Assembly (NCBI GenBank): GCA_029856125.1
Contig: JAHQWJ010000127.1
Coordinates: 1 to 17,847 of the forward strand
DNA length: 17,847 nt
From: Promethearchaeia archaeon
GTDB lineage: Archaea; Asgardarchaeota; Lokiarchaeia; Sigyniarchaeales; SOKP01
Direction of reading: 5' to 3'
Shown here: one piece after another, positions 6,823 through 17,100 of the stretch
Position numbering within the stretch: the first letter of the stretch is position 1
Layout of the letters: each line of letters opens with the position of its first letter
The notes under the pieces: generated by a model
What the model was told of the DNA's origin: nothing
Database searches by the model: none
The model's input: only the letters and a program-made list of their open reading frames with translations
Translations under genes and position numbers: made by a program

Positions 6823-9030
6823 ATGCGTAAAGTTCAATTTCCTTTTGTTGCTGTTTTAGGGCAAGAAAGAATGAAGCTCGGTCTTATTTTAAACGTTATC
6901 GATCCTCAAATTGGTGGAGTATTATTAACTGGACAACAGGGGACAGGTAAATCTACGGGAGTACGGTCTCTTGTAGAAGTGATGCCTAACATTGAAGTTG
7001 TTAAAGATTGTCAATTTTCTTGCGATCCTAAATCTCATATAGATGATCTCTGTGAAGAATGCCGCGTTAGAAAAGAAAATGGGGAGTTGGAAACGGAGTC
7101 TAAAGATATGCGACTAATTAACTTACCATTGGGAGTTACAGAAGATATGGTAACAGGTTCTCTTTCAATTGATAAGGTCTTAACCGAAGGAATCAGGAGT
7201 CTTCACCCTGGACTTCTCGCTAAGGCTAATCGTGGTATCCTTTATATTGATGAGATAAATTTGCTCCAAGATCATATAGTCGATACCTTACTAGATGCTT
7301 CTGCTTCTGGTGTGAATATTATTGAAAGAGAAGGTATTTCGGTTATGCATCCTTCTCGGTTTATATTAGTCGGTTCGATGAATCCCGAGGAAGGCGATCT
7401 TCGCCCACAAATAGCTGACAGACTCGGTTTAGAGGTAAAAATAAAAGCACCAAGGGATGCAAAGCTACGCGCTGAAATTACGAAGAGAGTGATTGATTTT
7501 GATGATAATCCTAAAGCATTCATAAAAAAATACGAGCAAGAGCAAGAAGAATTAAGAAAAAAAATCGTAAAGGCGCGTGAATTAATTAAAGATGTCAAAA
7601 TTCCATCATCGGTTTACGAATTTGTATCTAGGTTAGTTAACGAATTGGATATTTTTTCGCAGAGAGCAGACATTACGTTTATTCGGTGTGCTAGATCTCA
7701 CGCTGCTTTTAGTGGAAGAACCGAAGTTGTGGAAGAAGATTTAAACGCTGCAATGGATTTAGTTTTCGAGCACAGAATCAAGTCGCTTCATTACGAAATG
7801 ACGCCAGAAGAAGTTAAAGCTAAAATTGTTGAAGTATACGGAAAGATTCAAAAAGCGTACGAAGATCCAAAAACTTACCGGCCAAATAAAGATACCGAGG
7901 GACCTTTAAAACACGATGATACACCTCAAAAAGAATTTAAACGTCAATCAGTTGATCCTAAAAAAGTTGATATCCCGGAAACAAAAGAACAGAAGTTACC
8001 TGCACCCAAATACCCAGATAATAAGAAAAGAAACCCTTCGCCTGCTGGTGGATGGAAAGTAAAAGATATTCCAGAATACGACGAACGCGAATTCAATTTC
8101 TTTGAGAATGGGGTTGATTCATTGCCATTAATTTATCAGATGGAAACCAAAATGACTTCCGTTTTGGATACCATCAGAAAAGATCGAAAAGTTTCCGATT
8201 ATGGCGGTAGAGGGATTGGAAGACGCATAAAAATCGCTTCTTCTCAAAAAGGTCGGTATGTATCGTATAGAAGACCGATCAATCGACCCAAAACTATTGC
8301 TCTCGACGCAACCATCCGGAATTATTTAAAAAATACTATATACAATCAAACAGATATTGAATTTCCAATTAAATTTGACAAGTACGATCTAATGGATAAA
8401 ATTTACGAGTATCGAGCTCCTTTAGTACTATTCTTTGTTCTCGATTCTTCAGCTTCGATGTATTATGTAATCAATCAAATGACAAATGTTATTCTTTCCC
8501 TCCAGCGAGAAGGTTACAGAAAAAAGGATAAGTTAAGTTTGATTATTTTTAGAGCGAAAGAAGCAGTTGTTCTTCAGAAACCTACTGTGTATTTTAAATC
8601 TGCTGTAAACAAACTCAAAAAAGTCCAAGGAAAATCCTATACTCCTATGGCCGCAGCTTTGACAAAATGCTTAAAATTAATTGTCGCTGAAAAACTAAAG
8701 AATAGAAACATAATTCCGGTCGTTTTCGTTTGTAGCGATTTAGGAGCAAATATTTCCTACAAATACCCAGATTTAATCGCTCAGGTTCAATCAGATTACA
8801 CTCTAGTCGTTAACGAATTAAAAGCTCTAACAAAACAACTATCGAAAAAAGGAGCGCATATGGTGGTGTTAGAGCCTAAGAAATCTTACGCTACTAGAGC
8901 ATTGGGTGTTAATACATTTGCGGCTAACAAAATAAAAAAGAATTTTAAAAAGTATGGAAACGCTGAGGTATTTCAATTCGATCGCGTAAATCCCAAAAAC
9001 TTAATTCTCGAACTGAAAAAAATACTTTAA
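6823..9030 (+). CDS. Magnesium/cobalt chelatase I/D-family AAA+ ATPase with C-terminal vWA domain
   Basis: FPFVAVLGQERMKLGLILNVIDPQIGGVLL, Walker A GQQGTGKST (6931-6957), Walker B ILYIDE and EREGIS...HPSRFILVGSMNPEEGDLRPQ are ChlI/BchI signatures. A Pro/charged linker follows, then the vWA MIDAS motif DSSAS (8443-8457) with TP and SD elements. Confidence 0.93.
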   Translation: MRKVQFPFVAVLGQERMKLGLILNVIDPQIGGVLLTGQQGTGKSTGVRSLVEVMPNIEVVKDCQFSCDPKSHIDDLCEECRVRKENGELETESKDMRLINLPLGVTEDMVTGSLSIDKVLTEGIRSLHPGLLAKANRGILYIDEINLLQDHIVDTLLDASASGVNIIEREGISVMHPSRFILVGSMNPEEGDLRPQIADRLGLEVKIKAPRDAKLRAEITKRVIDFDDNPKAFIKKYEQEQEELRKKIVKARELIKDVKIPSSVYEFVSRLVNELDIFSQRADITFIRCARSHAAFSGRTEVVEEDLNAAMDLVFEHRIKSLHYEMTPEEVKAKIVEVYGKIQKAYEDPKTYRPNKDTEGPLKHDDTPQKEFKRQSVDPKKVDIPETKEQKLPAPKYPDNKKRNPSPAGGWKVKDIPEYDEREFNFFENGVDSLPLIYQMETKMTSVLDTIRKDRKVSDYGGRGIGRRIKIASSQKGRYVSYRRPINRPKTIALDATIRNYLKNTIYNQTDIEFPIKFDKYDLMDKIYEYRAPLVLFFVLDSSASMYYVINQMTNVILSLQREGYRKKDKLSLIIFRAKEAVVLQKPTVYFKSAVNKLKKVQGKSYTPMAAALTKCLKLIVAEKLKNRNIIPVVFVCSDLGANISYKYPDLIAQVQSDYTLVVNELKALTKQLSKKGAHMVVLEPKKSYATRALGVNTFAANKIKKNFKKYGNAEVFQFDRVNPKNLILELKKIL

Positions 9031-9074
9031 ATTTATAACTAACTTCTTAAAGTTCTTATATTATTATTCAATTA

Positions 9075-10322
9075 ATGGATAACAAAGAAAATTCTGTCTT
9101 AGTTGCTGGATTTAACACTCGCCCTTTAGTTTATTCTTTACACAGAGCAGGATATGATGTGTATGCTGTTGATTTCTTTGGTGACTCAGACTTTTATCCA
9201 TATATTAAAGATTGCTTAATTCTTACCAAAAAATTAAGCGTAAACTATGATTTAGCAAAAAATAATTATAGTGAATACCTCCCTCTCTTAATTTTAGAGC
9301 TATTAGATACTTATCCTAAAATAAAGTATTTAATAATTGGAAGTGGTTTAGATGATGCTATCGAAGAGAGAACCCTTATTTTAAAAGATATTAATAGAAA
9401 GAAGTACAAAATTCTTAACCTTAATAACGAAATTGAAGTGATTAAGAAAAGCAGAAATACAGAATTCATTTTCAATTTGTTAAAAAAATTTGGTTACGAT
9501 GTTCCAAGAACAGTTTCCTTCCACGAAGTTAGGTCAAAAGTTAACGAGTTAGAATACCCACTTATATTAAAGAAAAAGAGTGGTTCTGGTGGAACAAATG
9601 TGTATAAAATACAGAATGAATCTGATCTCACCTTTTACATCAACCTAATCAGTAGAGAAAGCTTTGATCCAGAAGATTGGTTGATTCAGGAATATCTTGA
9701 AGGGAATCCCGTAAGTTGTACGACAATCTCTAACGGAGTAGAAAGCGAATTAATTACTGTAAATCATCAGATAATCGGAGATAAATATCTTAACGCTCCA
9801 AAAGAATTTATGTATTGTGGCAATGTGGTTCCTGCTAACGTAATTGCAGAAGAAAGGAAACTGATAGTTGACATTTCATTGAAATTATCTACCGAGTTAG
9901 GTTTAAAGGGAATAAATGGATTCGATTTTGTGTTAAGAAACCATTATCCATATTTAATAGAGATCAATCCCCGAATTCCAGGATCAATAAGAGCTTCTGA
10001 AGAGGCAATGAACATAAATTTATTAGATTTGCATATAAAAAGTTTTACAGAGAAAGGATGGGAACTCGTCAAAAAGACGCTAAAGGATGCGAAAATCGAA
10101 AATTTTACGACCAAGATGATTTTCTTTGCACCTAAAGAAATCGATAAAAACCTAATAAATAAAATTAACGACCTGGAATATGTTCACGATAAGTCTGAAC
10201 CAGTCAAAAACATTTATAAAAACGAACCAGTTTGCACTATTTTATTTAAGGCTAAATTTTTTCCTGATTCTTATCTGGGTAGTTTAAGAATAGTAGATAA
10301 GATAAAAAAGATAATTAAATAG
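9075..10322 (+). CDS. ATP-grasp domain ligase (COG2232-like archaeal carboligase family)
   Basis: N-terminal VLVAGFNTRP...YAVDFFGD; YPLILKKKSGSGG; LIQEYLEG; GINGFDFV; YLIEINPR. Confidence 0.88.
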   Translation: MDNKENSVLVAGFNTRPLVYSLHRAGYDVYAVDFFGDSDFYPYIKDCLILTKKLSVNYDLAKNNYSEYLPLLILELLDTYPKIKYLIIGSGLDDAIEERTLILKDINRKKYKILNLNNEIEVIKKSRNTEFIFNLLKKFGYDVPRTVSFHEVRSKVNELEYPLILKKKSGSGGTNVYKIQNESDLTFYINLISRESFDPEDWLIQEYLEGNPVSCTTISNGVESELITVNHQIIGDKYLNAPKEFMYCGNVVPANVIAEERKLIVDISLKLSTELGLKGINGFDFVLRNHYPYLIEINPRIPGSIRASEEAMNINLLDLHIKSFTEKGWELVKKTLKDAKIENFTTKMIFFAPKEIDKNLINKINDLEYVHDKSEPVKNIYKNEPVCTILFKAKFFPDSYLGSLRIVDKIKKIIK

Positions 10323-10330
10323 CCTAAAGA

Positions 10331-11080
10331 TTATTGTTTAATAATCGTTTTGATTTTTGCTATATAGCTTCTGAGGATTTTCTCGTCTCCTTCGGCCACA
10401 GCGATTGCGAGTATCCTCCTCTCATCTAATTCGTGGATAATAATCGAACCGTGATCTCCTCCAATTATCGAGAATTCTAAACCTCCATCCAATAAGACTC
10501 CTGCTAAATTATAAATAGCGGAGATCATTGCGGATATAGTTGGTTCTGGCATAGTAGATTGAACTTTAATAGGTAAGCCATCTTTGGTGATGATGGCAAT
10601 CACTAGAGCATTAGGGATTGCTCTTTTAAGAGCCACAAAGATTTCTTCCTTGATAAGATCACTCGTCTCAATAATTGCTGACATTTTTATAGCGAACTTT
10701 CTTAGTGATCGTATGTAAAAATCTAACCCTTCAAGTTCAGCTAATTCTCTATCTAAATAGGCGATTAGGGCCATATAATCAGTAAGGATTGATAAAATAA
10801 TTCTTTCTTTCCCTGTTATTAAAGTATAAGCGATTTTTTGGTTTAGTGAATCGTGTAACATTTTAGAAGATAAGAAAACTAAACTACTACTCGCTGCAGA
10901 AATTTCAGTTTTAGTCATTACTATGTCTTCTTTTAATTCACTTACAATAGGTGTACCATCATGAGAGGAAATGGAAATACCTAGAAGGCTTTCTTGATCT
11001 TTGATTTCTTTTTTTAATAATTCTGATAATTCTTGATTTAGTAGTTCTATATTGACTTCCTTAGACATAGAAATCTTCAA
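10331..11080 (-). CDS. Tandem (double) Roadblock/LC7 domain protein
   Basis: Two copies of the Roadblock pattern: ISISSHDGTPIVS...ISAASSSL and IAIITKDGLPIKV...ISAMISAI...IIGGDHGSIIIHEL. Start is TTG 11080 or ATG 11068. Confidence 0.85.
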   Translation of the reverse strand: MKISMSKEVNIELLNQELSELLKKEIKDQESLLGISISSHDGTPIVSELKEDIVMTKTEISAASSSLVFLSSKMLHDSLNQKIAYTLITGKERIILSILTDYMALIAYLDRELAELEGLDFYIRSLRKFAIKMSAIIETSDLIKEEIFVALKRAIPNALVIAIITKDGLPIKVQSTMPEPTISAMISAIYNLAGVLLDGGLEFSIIGGDHGSIIIHELDERRILAIAVAEGDEKILRSYIAKIKTIIKQ

Positions 11081-11142
11081 ATTCTTTAAGTTTTAAATAT
11101 TAACATTATAGTAAAATGAATCAAATTTAAACATATACTTTT

Positions 11143-11970
11143 ATGAAACTCAGAAATAATGCCTATGTAATAATATTGGCAGCGGGAAAAGCGACGAGGC
11201 TGAGACCATTATCTGATCAAATTCCCAAACCACTAATCAAAATCAATGGAATTCCGATGATTACTCGTATTGTATCTAACTTTAAACAGGCAGGCTATAG
11301 TAAATTTATTGTATTAGTAGGGTATAAACAAGAGTTAATTAGAGCAGAACTATTAAAAATTCAAGATATTGAATTACAAATCATTGGGCAGGTTAAACAA
11401 GTGGGATCAGCTGACGCCCTCTTGCTTTGCCTTGACCAATTTAATGATCTCAAATCTTCGGGATTAACATTTTTTGTAACTGCAGCAGATATTATCTTTT
11501 TCAAAAAAGAATTCAATTTAATGCATTTATTATATCATAATTCTAAGGCAGATATAATCTTGAGTTTGATTAAATCAAAAGATCAAGACATTGCTCGCGG
11601 ACACGGAAATGTCAAAATTTCTAAGAATTCAGATATTATTAACGATTCAGATTCAAAACTAGGATTAGAAATTACAGACATTATAGAAAAACCAAGAAAA
11701 GATCAAATTTTAAGCGATTATTACTCGTTTCCGCTCTATATTTTCAATCAAACAATTATTAAATATTTAACAGATATTGATATATCTACTCGGGGAGAGG
11801 TTGAGATTCAAGGTGCAATTAAGAAATCTATTCTGAATGGATATCGAGTGAAAGGTATAAAAATAATTGATCCGGATATAACATTTGAGAACGTAGGCAG
11901 ATATCATATAACCTACTTAAATGATATAGAAAAAATGAATGAAAGATTTCGAGAAATTGAAAGTAGATAA
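11143..11970 (+). CDS. Sugar-phosphate nucleotidyltransferase (NTP_transferase, RmlA/GlmU-N-like), no LbH domain
   Basis: ILAAGKATRLRPLSDQIPKPL signature; IIEKP; STRGEVEI, which resembles RmlA SxRGELEI. Substrate is not assignable. Confidence 0.88.
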   Translation: MKLRNNAYVIILAAGKATRLRPLSDQIPKPLIKINGIPMITRIVSNFKQAGYSKFIVLVGYKQELIRAELLKIQDIELQIIGQVKQVGSADALLLCLDQFNDLKSSGLTFFVTAADIIFFKKEFNLMHLLYHNSKADIILSLIKSKDQDIARGHGNVKISKNSDIINDSDSKLGLEITDIIEKPRKDQILSDYYSFPLYIFNQTIIKYLTDIDISTRGEVEIQGAIKKSILNGYRVKGIKIIDPDITFENVGRYHITYLNDIEKMNERFREIESR

Positions 11971-12126
11971 AAATTTAAGTGGATTGATTCTATTAAGTAA
12001 GTTTCTCTATTCAAATTCCCTTCTCTTAAATGGAATAAAAATAGCGATTACCTAAGAATTAAAAAGGATTTATTTTATTATATTTCTTAATATATAAAGA
12101 AAATTCAAGTTTTTTGGGATCTAAAA

Positions 12127-13017
12127 ATGGAAGAAGACGACAGGGACAGAATTATTCGTGAATTACGGGAAGAATTGAAAAAAGTTATTAAAAAATTCGA
12201 GAATTACAACATTATAATAAAGAGCAAAGAGGACCTTATAAATAATTTAACCAGATCTTTGGACTTAAAAGAAGATCAGATCAAAACAATGATAGACTCT
12301 ATGAATTTAAAAGAACAGCACAACGACACGTTAAATACTTCATTGCAAATAAAGAACGAGAAAATTAAAGATTTGGAAAAGAATATTAGATCTCTAAATG
12401 AAGAAATTAACCTATTAAAATCCTCTACTGTTGATAAAGATATTATTGCTGAGAAAGAAAGTGATTTAGAAGAATGTCAGAATAAACTGGTCATTTTAAA
12501 GGGAGAGTTAGAAAAACAAGAAGAAGATCTTGATTTGTTAGATGCAGAAAACGAAAAATTAAGAAATGACCTTGCTTCGAGTTCAGACCCTCAAATCGTT
12601 GATTGGACGCATGTAGAAATTCCTAAAGAATCTATATTAAAAAAAATTCGAAAGATTCTCTCTAAAGCTGTTCATAACGTAACTATTGCCGTCCCCGACA
12701 TTAAAGATTTACAAGATCTGCACTTATATGAAGTACGGTCTTCTGTAAATATGAAAATTATGTGTTATATCGATCCCAGTCTTGAGGATGACGAACAACT
12801 TTTGATGGAGTTTGAAAGTTTGGACAATATCTCAATTCGGCTATACGAAGATCGAGATAGATACTTAATCGATCGCGACGGGGAGGAACTTTTGTTTGGA
12901 ATAATTGGAGAAGGAGAGAATAACAATTTAATAATTCACACTCAAGATGCGAAGCATCAAAGATTACTACGAAGTCTCGTTATGGAAGGATGGCTACGAG
13001 CAAGAAAATTAGATTGA
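12127..13017 (+). CDS. Coiled-coil protein with C-terminal TrmB-effector/PLD-like alpha/beta domain lacking HKD
   Basis: Residues 1-150 are heptad-rich. Residues ~165-296 (IRKILSKAVHNVTIAVP...ISIRLY...LIDRDGEELLF...EGWLRARKL) follow the TrmB-C/PLD-fold pattern by eye, with no HxKxxxxD motif. Confidence 0.7.
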   Translation: MEEDDRDRIIRELREELKKVIKKFENYNIIIKSKEDLINNLTRSLDLKEDQIKTMIDSMNLKEQHNDTLNTSLQIKNEKIKDLEKNIRSLNEEINLLKSSTVDKDIIAEKESDLEECQNKLVILKGELEKQEEDLDLLDAENEKLRNDLASSSDPQIVDWTHVEIPKESILKKIRKILSKAVHNVTIAVPDIKDLQDLHLYEVRSSVNMKIMCYIDPSLEDDEQLLMEFESLDNISIRLYEDRDRYLIDRDGEELLFGIIGEGENNNLIIHTQDAKHQRLLRSLVMEGWLRARKLD

Positions 13018-13042
13018 TATGACCCCAAAACCTAATATTGAA

Positions 13043-13903
13043 TTATATTTCGATAAAGGATCTGTTTCTTTTTCTATAATGTGCAAAATGAGTAAAGCCA
13101 ATATTTTTTAACATTTTTGTTATGCTCTTAAATTCGTAAGCCACTTCGATCGGTTTGTGAGCATCTGAACCTAATAAAATAGGAATATCTAACTCGTAAA
13201 TTTTTTTTATAATGTCTATACTAGGATATTGTTCCTTAACTTTTTTTCTCAAACCACTTGTATTGATTTCTATAGTAAGATCATGTTTTTTTACCAACTC
13301 AAGAGTTTCGATTACTTTTCCCATTACCTTATCTTTATCTTCAATACCTTTATCAAATTTTTTTGGTAAATCGAAATGGGTGACAATATCTAATTCAAAT
13401 GTCGGTGATTTAATCATAACTTGCAACGAATCATAGTATTCTAGATAGATTTCATCGTTAACATCATATTCTTTATATTTATTTAAGAAACGCCCGTCGT
13501 CAAAAGCAAATATGCCCGCTTTTCCAAAGAGAACATGAACAGAGCCTAAAATGTAATCCAATTTAGCCATATAATTTTTTAGATATTTGTTGAGTACGTG
13601 ATCTTGATGTTTGAAGAAATCAATCTCGAATGCAGACCTCACGTGTATTTGATTCACGTATTTCTCTTTTAGTTTGTCTAATTGAAGGATATAACTTTCC
13701 AACTTATTTGTGGGCATCGCATAACCTTCATACGGAATATCTTTAAGAGATGGAATTTCTGAACTTAAATATTCATAAGGAAAATGATCGCTAATTCCTA
13801 TAACATTTAGATCGAGTTCAATGGCCTTTTTTATGTAATCTTCGATAGTACCAACAGCATGCTTACAAAGCGAGTTATGAGTATGCCAGTCTTCATATTG
13901 CAT
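13043..13903 (-). CDS. hisK: Histidinol-phosphatase, PHP family (HisJ/HisK type)
   Basis: DWHTHNSLCKHAVG, ISDHFP, FEID, LGSVH, THFDLPK, EINTSGLRK and LGSDAH motifs. No other his genes are adjacent, so the substrate is inferred from the family. Confidence 0.85.
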   Translation of the reverse strand: MQYEDWHTHNSLCKHAVGTIEDYIKKAIELDLNVIGISDHFPYEYLSSEIPSLKDIPYEGYAMPTNKLESYILQLDKLKEKYVNQIHVRSAFEIDFFKHQDHVLNKYLKNYMAKLDYILGSVHVLFGKAGIFAFDDGRFLNKYKEYDVNDEIYLEYYDSLQVMIKSPTFELDIVTHFDLPKKFDKGIEDKDKVMGKVIETLELVKKHDLTIEINTSGLRKKVKEQYPSIDIIKKIYELDIPILLGSDAHKPIEVAYEFKSITKMLKNIGFTHFAHYRKRNRSFIEI

Positions 13904-14160
13904 TTTAAAACGAGCTTAATATTAATGGTATTATTCTAATATTTGATATAATTAATTTAATTAGATAAAATTTTTGTTGAATTACTTTTAGAGGGAAATT
14001 GAATGGAATTACCCAAAATCAAGGAATTGATTAAGAATTTTTTTTTAAAATTTGGATAAATATCTAATATTATCTTAATATTAAATTCATAAGGCATAAT
14101 TTTTTAAGAACGAAAAAGAATTTAGATACTTACTACAAGCAATTTTTTAATAATTTTTTA

Positions 14161-17100
14161 ATGGGTGAGAATAAGTTGAGTACTATAAAAAAATCAAATT
14201 TAAATATTAATGATCTATTCAAATCAGATGAAAAAATAACCTTCTTAGTTGGAGCTGGAGCTTCAGTTGATTCTCCATCCCAATTACCTTCAGCTAGTAA
14301 TATAATGAAAGCACTAATTAAATTCACATGTACGAAATCTGAGGTTGAAAAAATCGTAAACACTCAAGGTTTAAACTTTGAAACTTTATTAGGAATAATA
14401 CATAACTCGCTCAATGATGATTTACAATTTTTAGATTTTTATTTGGAAATCAACAAGCCTAATATCCAACATTTTGTTTTAAGTGAAATGCTCCAAAAAG
14501 GACATTATGTTATAACTACAAACTTTGATTTTTTAATAGAGCACGCTCTACTTCAGACAGACTATCCTAAAAAAAAAATAGTCCCAGTTATTACTGAAAA
14601 AGATTACCAAAAGTTCAGTGATCCAGAGAAGTTGTATAAAAATAAAAAAATTCCAATTTACAAACTTCACAGCTCTCCTAAAAATATTATCACCGGAGAA
14701 GATACCCGTAATTCTTTTATTAACACCTTAAAGCTAATTGGATCAAATCGAGATAAAAACAATATCATTCAATTAGAGCCGTTCAAAGCTCAAATGTTTG
14801 AACAGATTTCAAATGAACGATCCCTGATAATTATTGGTTACTCGGGTAAAAATGATTACGATCTTATTTCAACTCTTAAGACTATGAGGGGATTGAAAAA
14901 CTTGATTTGGATTAATCATATTGTCAATGGTGAACCAAAGGGGGTCCTATATGAATATAGCAAACCAAGGAGCATGGATTTAAGCAATTTAGATGGTTTA
15001 GATCAGCACCTTACAGAAATTAAAAGATTAAATGAATCCGTTAATGTATTTCGGTTAAATACTTATACACCTAAATTTCTTGAGAATCTTTTAGATAAAA
15101 AAGAGAAAATCAGTAAAGAAAAATTTGAATTGAATTTAGGCGATTGGCTTAAGGATAAACTTAATGAACCATCTGAATTAACCAAACTTTTTATTTCTAA
15201 TAAGATTTATTCTGAAACCAAGAATTACGTCGACGCTCTCAGGTGTTTGGAAAGCTTATATAGGTTAAGTGACGAATCTGGAGATAGTCATTGGAAAGCA
15301 ATATCTCTAATGGAAATGGGGATTGTTAACTATAAACAATCCAAATACGGTGACGCATTAGATCAGCTACGTAAATCTCTACAAGTTCAAATTAAATCGA
15401 AATTAATGCCGGAACGAGCTTTGATTTTTAAATACATAGGTCTTTCGCATCAAGCACTTAGAGAATATTCAGATGCTATAAAAAATTTTGAGTTCGCACT
15501 GAAAGAAAATGAAAAAATTAAAGACTTTCAACAAAAGTCGGATGTATACAACAATCTAGGCGTACTTTATCAAGAACAACATAAGTATAAAGACGCTTTG
15601 ATGTATTTCGAATCAGCAATAAAAATTAACGAGAGATTCGAAAATCTTAGTAAGAAAGCGTTAAATTTAAAGCTTAAAGGGAGAGTCTATCATTCAAAAA
15701 AAAATTTTAGCGAAGCTTTAAAGAACCTTCAAATTGCATTAAAAATTTCCGAACAATTAGAAGATCTCGAGCAAAAAGCAGAGATTTTGAATATTATTGG
15801 ACGAATAACTCATGAATTTGGAGACTCTCTAACTGGATTGGAGAAATGTAATGAATCACTTAATCTTTACAATCTTTTGGGGGGAATTGAAGGAACACTA
15901 GATGCTTTAAACACTATAGGAATCATATATAGGGATCAATGGAATTACTCCAAAGCTTTTGATTACTTTGAAGAGGGATTTCAAACTGCCGAGAATTTAG
16001 GAAATATTCAATTAAAGGCCAGATTTTCGCGCCAATTAGGGATGATTTTTCAGAATCAGAATAAGTATTTTGAAGCACTTAAATGGTTTGAAGATTCTTT
16101 AAACTTTTATAAGCAGATTGGTGTAATTAGAGGAGAGGTTGATGTTCTTATAAATATGGGGTTAATATACAAGGAACAAAAAACTTATTTAAAAGCGTTA
16201 AAGAATTTTGGGAAAGCTCTGGAAATTTATGATCAATTAGAAGATTTAAACAATAAGGCATCCACTTTGAATATTCTTGGACGGATATATCTTGATCAAA
16301 GAAAATTCTCAGAAGCATTTAAAAACTTCCAGGAGGCTCTTCAGCTTTACGGGGAAACTGATAATCCTGAGGGGACAGTTGAGACTTTAAAAAACATTGG
16401 GAACCTCTATGCTGAACAAGCTAATTTTCAAGAGGCACTAAACAGATATAAAGATGCTCTAGAAATTATTAAAGGCATTGGAAAAACAGAAAAAAAAGCT
16501 GATCTTCTAAACAGGCTAGGATTGATTTTTCAAGATCAGGGGGACTATCCTCAAGCTAAACAGAAATTCGAAGAAGCATTAAATCTCTATAGAAAACAGA
16601 ACAATATGGAAGGACAAATTGAAAGTCTTCATTTAATTGGAATAAATTATCATTATGTAGAAGAAAATGATATAGCTTTAAAGACATTTGAAGAAGCTAT
16701 AAATATCGCTGAACAAATCGGTAACTTACATAAGAAAGCAATGTGCTTAAACATAACTGGTAAGATCTATCGAGAACAATGGAATCTCGTAGAGGCTTTA
16801 AAGCGCTACGAAGAGGCTCTATCGATTGCAGAACAACTAGGGCATTTAGAAGAACAAGTTGAAATTCTTAGCGTGATCGGAGAAATTTATCAAGCTCAGA
16901 AGCATTATCCAGAAGCAGTAAGGAGATATAACGAAGCAATATATGTCGCAGAAAGTTTAGGAAACCTTGAAATTAAAGCCGATATCTTTACGAGCATAGG
17001 GGATATCTATTACGATGAGGATAATTATCTTGAAGCCTTAAACTTATACGAAGAAGCTTTAAATATCGACGATCAACTTGGAAATATGAAGGGCAAGGCG

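Noticed and set aside
7272-7598. 108-aa - strand ORF
   Set aside because: Antisense shadow within the conserved AAA+ domain.
5099-8070. Similar short motif in two linkers (RPAATGWVKE in the Zn-ribbon protein; PSPAGGWKVKD in the AAA-vWA linker)
   Set aside because: Too short and low-complexity to distinguish from chance without orthologue alignments.
6823-9030. Evidence of chlorophyll biosynthesis (chlI/chlD)
   Set aside because: This family is widespread in non-phototrophs and no chlH or bch genes are present, so no gene symbol was assigned.
13212-13436. 74-aa + strand ORF
   Set aside because: Antisense to the PHP phosphatase.
14133-14363. 76-aa - strand ORF
   Set aside because: Antisense to the N-terminus of the SIR2-TPR gene, which carries clear motifs.
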